NCBI GenBank assembly: GCA_918797485.1
Contig: CAKKNE010000006.1
Location: forward strand, 496,001 to 560,000
Source: Pelagomonas calceolata
Lineage: Eukaryota
DNA: 64,000 bases
Direction: 5' to 3'
Part shown: in pieces, positions 51,733 through 62,074 of the stretch
Layout of the letters: every line of letters begins with the position of its first letter
How positions within the stretch are numbered: position 1 is the first letter of the stretch
Notes under the pieces: model-generated
Told to the model about the DNA's origin: nothing
Seen by the model: the letters and a program-made list of their open reading frames with translations, nothing else
Databases searched by the model: none
Translations under genes and position numbers: made by a program

Positions 51733-52401
51733 ATGCCCACGCCCTTCGAGCACGCGTGGCAGCGCTTCGGGACGTCCTGCGTCGGCGCCGGATGAACATC
51801 CAACGTCGCGTCGATGGCGTGGAGATTGACGTGTCGACTCGCCGAGCATTCGGTCACGCACGCAGGTCGCCGGCCCGGACGGGCATTTTCATGGCGTCCT
51901 CAAATGACTTCGTGAAGTCGAATTGTTGCGTATTATGCGACGACCGCCACCACTTCCGAAGCCTGCGCGAGAAGTACGAGCACCTCCGGAGCAAAAAGCA
52001 TCTCTTCAACTACCTCGCATGTAAGTTCCGCGTCGCCAATGAGACGCCGTCGACGCGTCCCCCGCGCAGACAAGAAGCATTGCGCCCACCTCATGATCGA
52101 GAGGCGTCAGCTCGAGCGCGTCGAGGCCGCGGCCGCGTTACGCCGCCACCCCTTCTGGCCGCACGGCGACAGCGCTTCCGCGTCATTTCTTGACGCCGTC
52201 TTGCTCGACTACATCATTTGCTTCGGCCAAGTCCGCCGGGACGCCGTCGCGGAGGCCTGGCGCCGCCACGTCCGGAAGGAGCAGAGTTCGTTAATAGCGC
52301 TCGCCGCCGCGCGCACCGGCTCGGGACACCTCGTCGTCGAGCTCGTCATGCCCTTCGTCGCCGGCCGGCGCCTCGGCGACGCCCCGTTCTACGCGTACTA
52401 A
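51733..52401 (+). CDS. Small protein with a U1/matrin-type C2H2 zinc finger (3 exons: 51733-51773, 51866-52020, 52070-52401)
   Basis: CVLC...HLRSKKH; two introns give a 528-nt in-frame CDS. Confidence 0.6.
51774..51865 (+). mobile_element. Introner-derived intron (core motif in reverse orientation)
   Basis: GT...CACGCAG, contains CGTCGCGTCGATGGCGTGGAGA; restores frame. Confidence 0.7.
52021..52069 (+). other. 49-nt canonical intron retaining an introner-like core
   Basis: GTAAGT...CCGCGCAG; internal ACGCCGTCGACGCG; restores Y-K-K-H. Confidence 0.75.
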
Positions 52402-52448
52402 AACATGTGTTATCCGAGCTTCGCCCTCGGACGCCGTCGACGCGGGCC

Positions 52449-54780
52449 TCACACGAGCAACTTAAAGGACGACGGCGGCTCGGCGTACAAGCCAGGTAGA
52501 ATTCCCTTCGACATGGGGAAGAGGCACGCCGGTAAGACGGGCGGCGGATCTTTTGCTTTGGGGGCGCGTGCGCGCCAGCCGTGCGTCGAGGCCCGGTCCT
52601 TCGGCGCGCCCTTGACCTTGCGTTTCCGGCGCTTCTTCTCGACGACGACAACTTCTTTGTGCGCCGACTGGGGGACGCGTTTGTTCCAGGGCGGCCGCAG
52701 CGCCGGCGCGGAGGAAGGCCGCTTTTTCACACTCGTAGACGTCGCCTCGGGGATCCACGACGTCGGGGGCGTCTTCGGCGGCCCCAGTAACTTCCTCTGC
52801 GCCTTCTCCTGGGCTAATTTTCTAGAAAGCTCCCGTGATCTCTCCTCATTTTTCTTCCGACGCCTTGCTTTCGCCTCCGCACCAAAATCTCTCTGCAAGA
52901 CTTCGGCCCGTTCGTTGCGCCGTAAGGCGGCGGCCAAGTCTCGACGCCGTCGAAGAGCGCCGGTGTCCGCCGTCCGCGGCCGCGCGACGGGCGACGTTTT
53001 CACCGCGAAGGACTCCTTGAGGTTCTTGAGCGGTCTAGTCAGCCCCGCGGTCGACGGCCGCGCGTGATGCACCATGCGTCGGTTGAACGCACTCCGCAGG
53101 TCGATGTACTTCTGCGCGAGGAGATTCCGTCGGTGGAGCAAATGCTCGGCCTTGACGAGGCCTTCGGTCTTGGACGCGTAGTCGGCGTCCGACTGCACTT
53201 CTAGACCTCTCTTCAATTGTTTCCCGGGATTCCAGTTCCTCATGTAGCCCGGCGCTTGCGGTCTTGAGGGTTCGGTAGCTTCGTCATCCTCAGTTTGATG
53301 CTCCCAGGTCAGGTGCAAGTCAGCTGCGGCGGAAGCAACAGCATCGCGAGCCGCTCGAAACCGCCGTAATTCGGGATCCTTGGTCTCGACCACGGGACTC
53401 TTACAATCGGCCCACGCCGGTTCGTCGTCCGGGTCTTTGTACTTGCCTCGGCGCGCCGCTACTTCGAGCCAAAAGGCCACAAAAATACCTTCCAGTTGTC
53501 CTAGATCGGCGGGCTGGCCGACTTTCCCGCCGACGCTCGCGAAGAAGTCCCTTGCTTCCCAGACCGAGAAAGGTACATTTAACAAGGCCGTCCCCAGCAG
53601 CAACTCGGGAAACGTGTATGTAGTTTCATCTTCTTGCGTTTTGGCTTTCGGTCGGAGTCGCGCTCGCTTCCCGAACAAGTCGTGCACATCGGTAAAACGC
53701 TTGCCTTTTTTTGAACGTACGGCATGGGACAGTCTTGCACAAAATGTCGCCGCCCTACTGACTCGAGCTACGATTCGGCAATCATCGACCGTCTCGTCGA
53801 AGTCATCTAACATGCGGCGTCTCCGGCCCTCTATGAGCTCGATGACCTGCGTGGCGCAAATTCATTGCTCGGCGATGAGCAGGCGTCGCGTCGATGGCGT
53901 GGAGGTCTCGCCACGATAACATTCCTGCGCCGGCACGCGCCGCGTCCACGAAATTCTCTTTATCAGCATTGGTCTTCGACGAATCTTTGTAGGCTCTCCT
54001 GTCCAAGTCACATACCACATCGGTGCGCGCGGTCAGAAAGTTCGTCATGAGGTTGATCGGTTTTGCGGCTACGGTAGCGGCGTGAGACGGATCCCTCGCA
54101 CCTAATCCTGTCGACTTATGGCGCGACATCGATTTCAATGAACTGTGACCGGGGTCCGCGCGACAGCCGCTCCGGAACAACAGGAACTGGTGCTCGTGGG
54201 CCGGACTCCATCGCGCGGTTTCCGTACTGAGGGATGCGGTGCGATCGTCCTCGTACTGGCTTTCAAACGTCCGCCACAACCCTGCCATGGCTTCGAGGCA
54301 CGGTTCTGACCTCGCCAAGGAGTTCTGGGGGCCCTGGCCGCGACTGGGCCCGAGCAACCCGGGGTCGCCGGCGTCGTCGCGCTGATCCACGCCCGCGCGA
54401 TCCGCCCTTGCTATAGCCAGGAACTGCCTTAGTCGCAGCAAAAAGTGGGCGCCATGCGCGTGCCGTAGCTCCGCGAGATGAGCCGCGTGGTCTTCTTTCG
54501 CCTCGAGAATGAGGACGTCGGCGTAGGCTCTCGGCGGCTCCTGCGTCTCGGGGGCCGCGACGTCTTCCTTCGCTTCGTCGCTGGGCTCCGGCTCGGGCTC
54601 GGGCTCCGGCGCCGCTGCCGCCTCCGGCGCGTCAATAATCGCATCGAGCAAGTCGCCGAGGTCGTCGTCGGCCGCCGCGGCCGGCGCCGGCGCTTGGACG
54701 CCGGGCGTCTCGGGCTCGAAGTCGTCCTCGAAGTCGTCTCCATATGAAGCGGGCGTGGCGGGCGTGGCCGGGGCCGCCAT
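52449..54780 (-). CDS. Hypothetical protein (2 exons: 54780-~53941, 53846-52449)
   Basis: Two ORFs joined by a phase-0 intron ending CGCCACGCAG; acidic N-terminus, basic C-terminus. Confidence 0.6.
53847..53940 (-). mobile_element. Introner-derived intron
   Basis: Contains CTCCACGCCATCGACGCGACGCCTGCTC, identical to the DDX54 intron; acceptor CACGCAG; exact donor uncertain (GCGCGT at 53940 favoured). Confidence 0.75.
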
Positions 54781-55359
54781 CGTCGGCGCCTGGCTGCCCT
54801 TGCCGGTGCAGTGGCTTTGGATGTGCTGCCGCGGCGGCGGCGTCTGCTGGTGCCGAAAATGCGCAGCCCCGCGGGTGTGGTGCGTCGATGGATGCTGTGG
54901 GTGCGCCTCGCGAGGTCGTTACGTGCCTCCGCGCGCACACAATACCATGCGCTGTGCTGCAGCGCCTGGCCAACAGCGGACTCGAAAAAGCCTTGCTTCC
55001 GCCAGATATCTGCGGCAGGACTCCTGGGGCCACGCCTAGGAGTCTTCGAGCCATCGCTTTTGCGACTCGGCGCCGAGGCTGTCTGCGACGGCCCAGAGAC
55101 GCGCCCCTCCTCCGCGCGCGCTACTGGCTTCACCGCGGCACGCATTGCTCGTGGCAGGCGCTCTCCGGGACGCCTCACAGCGATTCCCGCATCGGTCGGC
55201 CGTGCCACGCGGCAGAGGACGAACTTGGACCCGCGCGCCTCGCGACCCTCCTGGGCATTTTGAGCGCGCTAGGCCGCCGTTCAAAAAACCACTGCGCACA
55301 GCAGCGCGCGGCGACGCGCAGCGCTCCCGCGCCGAGTTTGAAACCCAACACTTGCGACC

Positions 55360-57903
55360 ATGGGCCTCTCCGAGATCGACGACTCCGACACGGAGCCCTC
55401 CGAAGAGGAGGAGCAGAAGTCCCCCGAAAAAGAAGAGAAGATGACCTACGAGCAGGCGGCTCAAATCCTGGGAGTCGCCGAGGACGAAGAAGACGAGGCC
55501 GTGTTGAGAAAGGCCTTCCGAAAACAGTCGCTCCTCCACCACCCGGACAAGAATCCCAACGACCCTACCGCCACAGCTAGGTTCCAGAAGATCGGGCAAG
55601 CTCTAGAAATGCTCACGCGGAGAGCTAGAGGTGAAGTCTCGGACGATGATTATGATGATGATGATATTTTCGGCGACGCGTTTTTCCGGGGCGCCACCCA
55701 AGATTTCGACGACGAGGAGGCCTTCTCAGATTTCATTAGGATGATGCGGGACTTCATGCGGTTCCGGGCGCGGCGCGGAGGTGCTGCGTTCCACATGGGC
55801 GGTGGCATCTTCTTCTCCTTCGGCGGCGATAGTGATTCCGAGTATGATGATAGGGACTACGAGCGGGAGCGGTTCGATCAGAAAGCGAAGAACATGTGGC
55901 GCAAGCGCGAGGAGTACTCGGAACAAGTGGAGAAAGAGCGCGAGGAGCGCCGCGCCGCGCGCGACGCTCGTAGGGCGGAAATTGAAGCTGCCAAGAAGGT
56001 GCGGAAGCAGCGCAAGGAGACGGCGCGGACGCGGTTCGCGCAGCGCTTGGGGTGTAGCCCCGACGGCAAGCTGCGCTATTTGGACTGGAGTTTCAGTGCG
56101 CTGAAGGGCGAGGCCGACAAGCGCAAGCTCAAACGGCCGAAACTAGTCGACGGCGCGACGCTCGCGCATCTGCTCCTAGACGACGACGAGCGTCAGGCGA
56201 AGCGGAAGAAGAAGGTCGTCGAGCCGGTGGTGGAGGAGGCGGCTCCTGCTGCAGAGCCGTCGCCACCTTCCTCTGATGCAGAATCCGACGACGACTTCGG
56301 CCAGGCGGCGTTCTTCTCGCGTGTCGCGCAGAAGAAGCCGTCGCCGCGGCCGGCGAAGAAGTCGCTCGAGGTGCCGGCGCCCGCTCCCGCGCCGGCGCCA
56401 AAGCCCAAGCCCAAGCCCAAGGCGCCGACGCCGCCGCCGCCGCCGGGCGCCGCGCCGGAGAAAAAGAAGCGCGTGCGCAAGAAGAAAGCTCCCGCGCCGG
56501 CGCCGGTAGCGGCGCCGCGGCCGCCGCACCCCGAACTTGATGGCTACGATCTTGATTCAGAGGACGCGGCGCTACAGCGGGCGTTGTTCGAGTCGGCGTT
56601 GCTAGCGGCGGCCGAGGGCCCGCCGACGCCGCCGCCCATGCCAACTGGACCGCCGATGCCGGCCGGTCTATCCGTGGGCGACCGGGCGCGCTGGCGGGCG
56701 GGGCAGCTCGACGTGCCCCCACCACCGGTCGCGCCGCCGGCCGACGCGTCTGGTTTATCTGTTGGGGCACGCGCGCGCCTGCGCCGCGAGCAAGCGGCCG
56801 CCGCCGCCGCGCCGCCCGCGCCGGTCGCGCCCCCGGTCTCCGCGCCGCCGGCCGACGTGTCCGGCCTCTCCGTCGGGGCGCGGGCGCGCTTGCGGCGCGA
56901 GCAAGCGGCGGCCGCCGCCGCGCCGCCACCCGCGGCGCCGTCGCCTCCTCCGGCCGACACCTCCGGCCTGTCCGTGGGCGCTCGGGCGCGCCTGCGCCGG
57001 GAGCAGCAGCAGGCCGCCGCCGCGGCGCCGACACCCTACCAGGCACCTGCAGCGCCCGTGCCGCCGCCGGCGCCCTATCAAGCACCTGCCGTGCCGCCCG
57101 CCGTGCCGCCGGCCGACACGGCCGGCCTCTCTGTGGGTGCCCGCGCCCGCCTGAGGAAGCAGCAGCAGCAGGCCGCGCCCGTCGTGACGCCTCCCGCGCC
57201 CGTCGCGGAACCGCCGCTCTCCGTCGGCGCGCGGGCCCGGCTCCGCGCCGAACAACAAACCCAGGCCGCGGCGCCGCCCATCGACCGGCCCTACCACCCC
57301 GAGCTCGACGCGGCGCCGCCGCCCGCGCCGCCCGTCGGGCTGAGCGTCGGCGCGCGGGCGCGCCTGCGCAAGCAGCAGCAAGAAGCCGCCGCGGCGCCCC
57401 CAGCCGGGATGCCGCCTGGCCTGGACCCGCGCGACGCCGAGATCGCGCGGCTCCGGGAAGAGAACGCGCGGATCCAGGCGGACGCCGCGCGTGAGGTTGA
57501 GATCGCGCGGCTCCGCGCCGAGAACCTCCTGCTTCAAGGCTCCGCGGCACCGGTCGCTCCGGTTGATACGGCGGGCATGTCCGTGGGTGCCCGCGCCCGA
57601 TTACGCAAGCAGCAGCAAGAGGCCGCCGCCGCGCCGCCGCCGGTCGCGCCGCCGCTCCAAGCCCCGTACGCTCCGCCGGTCGCGCCGCCGGCCACCGCGC
57701 CGGCGACCGACGGCATGACGGTCGGCGAGCGCGTCCGCGCCTTAAGAGCTCAGGCGGCCGCCGCGCTCGCCGCGCCGGCGCCGCTCGCGCCCGTCCCGAC
57801 CATGGGCGGCGCCTGGGTCTGCACGGCGTGCACCTTCGAGAACCCGAACCCGAACGCCCTCGTCTGCGACCTCTGCAACACGGTGCGCCCGGTCGCGGCT
57901 TGA
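55360..57903 (+). CDS. J-domain (DnaJ) protein with a UIM-like motif, Pro-rich repeats and a C-terminal RanBP2/NZF zinc finger
   Basis: HPDKN J-domain; DSEDAALQRALFESAL (UIM-like); WVCTACTFEN...CDLC (NZF). Confidence 0.85.
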   Translation: MGLSEIDDSDTEPSEEEEQKSPEKEEKMTYEQAAQILGVAEDEEDEAVLRKAFRKQSLLHHPDKNPNDPTATARFQKIGQALEMLTRRARGEVSDDDYDDDDIFGDAFFRGATQDFDDEEAFSDFIRMMRDFMRFRARRGGAAFHMGGGIFFSFGGDSDSEYDDRDYERERFDQKAKNMWRKREEYSEQVEKEREERRAARDARRAEIEAAKKVRKQRKETARTRFAQRLGCSPDGKLRYLDWSFSALKGEADKRKLKRPKLVDGATLAHLLLDDDERQAKRKKKVVEPVVEEAAPAAEPSPPSSDAESDDDFGQAAFFSRVAQKKPSPRPAKKSLEVPAPAPAPAPKPKPKPKAPTPPPPPGAAPEKKKRVRKKKAPAPAPVAAPRPPHPELDGYDLDSEDAALQRALFESALLAAAEGPPTPPPMPTGPPMPAGLSVGDRARWRAGQLDVPPPPVAPPADASGLSVGARARLRREQAAAAAAPPAPVAPPVSAPPADVSGLSVGARARLRREQAAAAAAPPPAAPSPPPADTSGLSVGARARLRREQQQAAAAAPTPYQAPAAPVPPPAPYQAPAVPPAVPPADTAGLSVGARARLRKQQQQAAPVVTPPAPVAEPPLSVGARARLRAEQQTQAAAPPIDRPYHPELDAAPPPAPPVGLSVGARARLRKQQQEAAAAPPAGMPPGLDPRDAEIARLREENARIQADAAREVEIARLRAENLLLQGSAAPVAPVDTAGMSVGARARLRKQQQEAAAAPPPVAPPLQAPYAPPVAPPATAPATDGMTVGERVRALRAQAAAALAAPAPLAPVPTMGGAWVCTACTFENPNPNALVCDLCNTVRPVAA

Positions 57904-58193
57904 TCGGTTGGCGGGCGCCGTCGCGCGCGTCGGCCTCGGAGAAGCTCAAGGACTCCTACCCCGCGCGGTACGCGTGTGCGCGTGCCTAAGGCGCTGGTAT
58001 GTTGATCACATGGCTCGTATGCCCGCTCGGGGCCGGCCCCGCGCGCAGCGCGACGATTTTTGAAACAGCGCCTCGCGTCACATTGCGCTTGCTTGAGGCA
58101 GCCGCGTCACGAGCTGGCTGCGGGCAGCTTCTTGCTCCTTGTGCTCCCACGATACCCCACGATACGCCATCGACGCGGCACGACGCCACAAAG

Positions 58194-59042
58194 ATGCTGC
58201 CCCCCAAGATTGATGCCACCTTGACGGTAGCCCACGCCAGGACAATCAAGGAGCACCGCGACGCCCATCACCGCGCGTCCCAGGACCACCGCCTCGCGCA
58301 GGAGCGCTGCGAAGCGTTGGAGGAGGAAAACAAAGAACTGAGGGCCGCGGACGTGAGGCGCGAGAGGGCGCTGCAAGACGCGCTGAAACTACTGAGCGTG
58401 GCGACGCGCGGCAAGCAGGAGGCGCAGCGCGAGGCGACGCGCCACAAGCGCGAGATGCGTAGAGCTGCGACGCGCCGGATGATCGCGCGGGGGCCGGCGC
58501 TGCCCTCGGCCGTCCAGGAACGCCTGAGGGTGATGCAAAAGCGCGTCGAGGCGCTCGAGACGGCTTTACATAGAAAAGATAGGAGGTGCGCCTTCCTGGA
58601 GCGGTGCCTCGAACGGTGCAAGGGTGGCGCGAGTGCGATCCGCGCGGTCGAGGAGTCGGACCGCGCGAAACGCCTGGCGGCCGAGTTGGATGCCGCGATG
58701 CGCAAGCTCGATGATCGGAGCGCCCTTAATCCACCGCCGCCGCCGCCGACGCCGCCGCGCCGGCGGCGACCGGTGGCGAGGACGCCTACTCACGAGTCGC
58801 GCAACACTTTATATGTTTCGCCGCGCAAGTCGGCGCGGAAATCTATTGAAGCGTCTCGGGTCCTGTCGCCAGCTAGAACGGTGCCCGCGTCGCCGGCCGC
58901 GCTCGCGCGCCGCGCCGCGCTCCGGCCGCCGTCGTCTCCGTCTGAATCGCCGCGGAGCGTCGCGCGCACGCCGCCGCGGGCGCTCGAGGAGCCGTCGCCC
59001 GCTGGCATGTCGCTGTCGCTCGAGGAGATCGCTGGGTTATGA
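58194..59042 (+). CDS. Hypothetical coiled-coil protein
   Basis: ATG at 58194; heptad-rich N-terminal half, Pro/Ser-rich tail. Confidence 0.55.
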   Translation: MLPPKIDATLTVAHARTIKEHRDAHHRASQDHRLAQERCEALEEENKELRAADVRRERALQDALKLLSVATRGKQEAQREATRHKREMRRAATRRMIARGPALPSAVQERLRVMQKRVEALETALHRKDRRCAFLERCLERCKGGASAIRAVEESDRAKRLAAELDAAMRKLDDRSALNPPPPPPTPPRRRRPVARTPTHESRNTLYVSPRKSARKSIEASRVLSPARTVPASPAALARRAALRPPSSPSESPRSVARTPPRALEEPSPAGMSLSLEEIAGL

Positions 59043-59115
59043 TACTAGTATAAATCAAAGTCGAATATGAGTACAAGAGATAGTGTGGCGGGCCACTGGT
59101 CGGCCGGATCCGCGC

Positions 59116-59928
59116 TTATTTATTTACGGTGCTAGGACTAGTGGGCGGAGCCCCGGGGGGGGAGACACCGCGCGTCGCCGATTCATCGGCGGCGGGCGCG
59201 GGCCGCTTCTTTCATAACAGCGTACCTCCTTCTAAGCTGAACCGCCTCGGCAAACCCCCCCGAACAATGCGCAACGTTCGCCCGTTCAATCAACTTGTCC
59301 CGCGACTTCCCGCAGGCGACCTTGGACCGCGGCGACGCGTTCGGTACCGTACATTCCAACAAAGCCAGTAGACACTCGGCCCGACCCTTGACAATCGCCA
59401 CGCCCCACTCCCGGTAGATCTGGGCCTGAATCATGGCCGCCGCGTCCTCGACCGAATCAGCGTCGATCAGGCCCTTTCGGAACTGCTTGCCGGCGATCTC
59501 GTCGGCGCAGACGCGTGCGAGGCGATGGACGTCCGCGGACGCCTCGCCGGCGCTGCCGAACGCGAGACCACAAACCTCGCCGCGGCTCCAAATGGTGTTC
59601 TCCATCGGACCACACTCGACGCCCCCGACCGAGTTGTACTTCACATCCAGGTTGTGGGCCTTTTTCAGGTACTGCCCGTTCACGAGACGGGCGCGCCTAT
59701 CAACCGGCGCGTTACCGCGCTTGTGCTCCGCCTTCATATAGGCCTCGATATGGCCCGGCGCGTAATGCTCGGTCGTCGCCGCGACGGTTTTAACGTCGTA
59801 GAGGATGCCCTCGATCGCGATGTCCGGGACTATGCTCCCTTCGAGGTCGCCCCCGTCAGACTCGACCAATTTATCCCACGCCTTCGAGGCGTCGCCACCG
59901 AGACCCTCGGTGCACAACTGAATCACCA
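59116..59928 (-). mobile_element. 5'-truncated non-LTR retrotransposon (RLE-endonuclease type, CRE-like)
   Basis: 10-bp TSD GGATCCGCGC at 59106-59115 and 59929-59938; 3' tail TAAATAAATAA; ORF remnant with PD...DVKT...K...KY...GLAFGSAGEAS (PD-D/ExK). Confidence 0.8.
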
Positions 59929-60026
59929 GGATCCGCGCGCAGCTAGCGCATAGCGGCACTAGCCCAGAGCTTAGAATCTCCGCTCAGACAGAGCCTCAAA
60001 AAACCGGCTGTTCTGCCTCGTAAAAC

Positions 60027-60908
60027 ATGCCACGCGCGACACGAGCCGCAGCGCTCGCTGTCTTGCTGTTCGCCGGCGATGTGGCAGCCTTCACGATGCG
60101 CCTACCGGCCCAGCAGCGCGCACCGCGCTCCAAGAGCCTCCTCAAGGCGCACTCCGGCCGCCGCGCCGCCTTCGCCGCCGCCGCGACGGCGCTCACGACG
60201 TCGCTGACGGCGAACGCCGCGCCGGCGGACCAGCGCTGGGCGGCCTCGGAGTTCTTTGATGAAGTGCGTAATGGAGCGGTCGATAGAGTCACGTTTGCCG
60301 CAGAAGGTGGCGCTTTAGTGGCCGTCGACGCCGACGGCGGCCGCCACGACGTGTCGATCTTACAGTCGCAAGTCTCCGAGGCCGTGCAAGCTTTACGGGC
60401 GAAGAGGGTCCCCTTCGCCGTTCAAGCTGCTCAACAACAGGACGGCGGGTTATTAGGCGTCGTAGCGAATCTCATAGTGCCGGTAGCTCTACTCGGCGGC
60501 CTCCTCTTCCTCTTGAGAGGTGGCCCGGGCGGGCAAGGAGGCGGCCCGTTTGGGGGCGGAGACGGCCCGATGGGCATGCTCCAGAGTAGAGCTAAGGTGG
60601 AAGTAGAACCAGAAACTGGTGTGACCTTTGAGGATGTTGCTGGTTGCGACCAGTCCAAGCTCGAGCTCGAAGAAGTGGTGGAGTTCCTCCGATCTCCGGA
60701 CAAGTTCGAGGCGGTCGGCGCGCAGTGCCCGCGCGGCGTGATCCTCGAGGGGCCTCCTGGTACTGGTAAAACGCTGCTCGCGAGGGCCGTCGCTGGAGAA
60801 GCGGGCGTGCCCTTCATCTCCACGAGTGGCTCCGAGTTCGTCGAGATGTTCGTCGGCGTCGGCGCGTCGCGCATCCGGTCGATGTTCGGCGACGCGAAGA
60901 AGAACGCG

Positions 60909-60941
<33 letters not shown>

Positions 60942-62021
60942 ATCGGCCGCCAACGGGCCAGTGGCGGCGGCTTCCAGGGCGGGAACGACGAAAGGGAACA
61001 GACGCTGAATCAAATCCTCACGGAGATGGATGGATTTAAAGGTAACAGTGGGGTCATTGTTATTGCAGCTACAAACCGAGTGGACATCCTCGATAGCGCG
61101 CTGATGCGCCCCGGACGGTTCGACCGTCGCGTGCCGGTGGATCTACCGGATAAAGAGGGTAGAGTCGCGATCCTGAAGGTCCACTGCCGCGACAAGCCGC
61201 TCGGCGGGGAAGTGGACCTTGATCAAGTAGCGCAGAGAACCACTGGATTCTCGGGAGCCATGCTCCAGAACCTCATGAACGAGGCCGCCATCTACGCTGT
61301 TCGCAGTGACAAAGAGACTATTGGTGCCGAGAACATCGATTCGGCATTGGATAGATTGACGGTCGGGCAGAGCAAGGACACGGGCACGAACCAGAAGAAG
61401 CGCCAGGAGTTGGTCGCGTGGCATGAAGCTGGTCACGCCGTCATGGCGGCGCTCACGCCGGGCTACGACCCGGTGGCCAAGGTGACGATTGTTCCGCGGT
61501 CGAACGGTGCCGGCGGCTTCACGTTATTTACACCGTCCGAAGATAGGATGGACGGCGGCATGTACTCCTACCGCTATCTTGTTGCTCAATTGGCGGTCGC
61601 TCTTGGTGGTAGGGTCGCCGAGGAGATGGCCTTCGGGTCTGATGATGTTACTACTGGTGCCTCCAATGACTTACAACAAGTTCGCAGTATCGCGAGGCGC
61701 ATGGTCGCCCAGTGGGGCTTCACGGCCACGGACGAGCGGCCGTCGGGCGGCACTCTCAGAGCCCCGGTCGCCTGGGAGCTCCCAGAAAAGAATATGGGGT
61801 CGCCGACGACCGCCTCGAAGGCCACGGAGCGCGCCATCGACCGCGAGGAGCGCAAGCTCGTGAACAAGGCCTACGCCACCTGCAAGGAGACGCTCAAGAC
61901 GAACCGGGCGCTCATGCAGGCTTTAGTGGATGCACTACTTGACAGAGAGACGGTGGACGGGGCGGAGCTCGAGCGACTTGTGGCGGAGAAGGCCGTCGTG
62001 TCGACGTTCGCGGCGGCCTAG
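60027..62021 (+). CDS. ftsH: Plastid-targeted ATP-dependent zinc metalloprotease FtsH
   Basis: Bipartite signal (VAA|F); [30 protein letters not shown] zinc motif. Confidence 0.95.
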
Positions 62022-62074
62022 GCTACCTCTCCCCCGGCCTTAAGGCACTAGGTCACATTTATCACATAAGTAGG

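Noticed and set aside
56660..57750. Regularly spaced DNA repeats resembling a CRISPR array
   Set aside because: The repeats are in-frame peptide repeats with synonymous variation and uneven spacing; no cas genes; eukaryotic context
56129..57949. 606-aa antisense ORF and the many other Arg/Pro/Ala-rich overlapping ORFs
   Set aside because: Shadow ORFs expected at high GC; they lie opposite or out of frame to well-supported genes and have no motifs
59183..59959. Host gene encoded by the 258-aa minus ORF
   Set aside because: Non-ATG start lies outside the TSD; the ORF sits within a TSD-bounded insert with a 3' tandem tail
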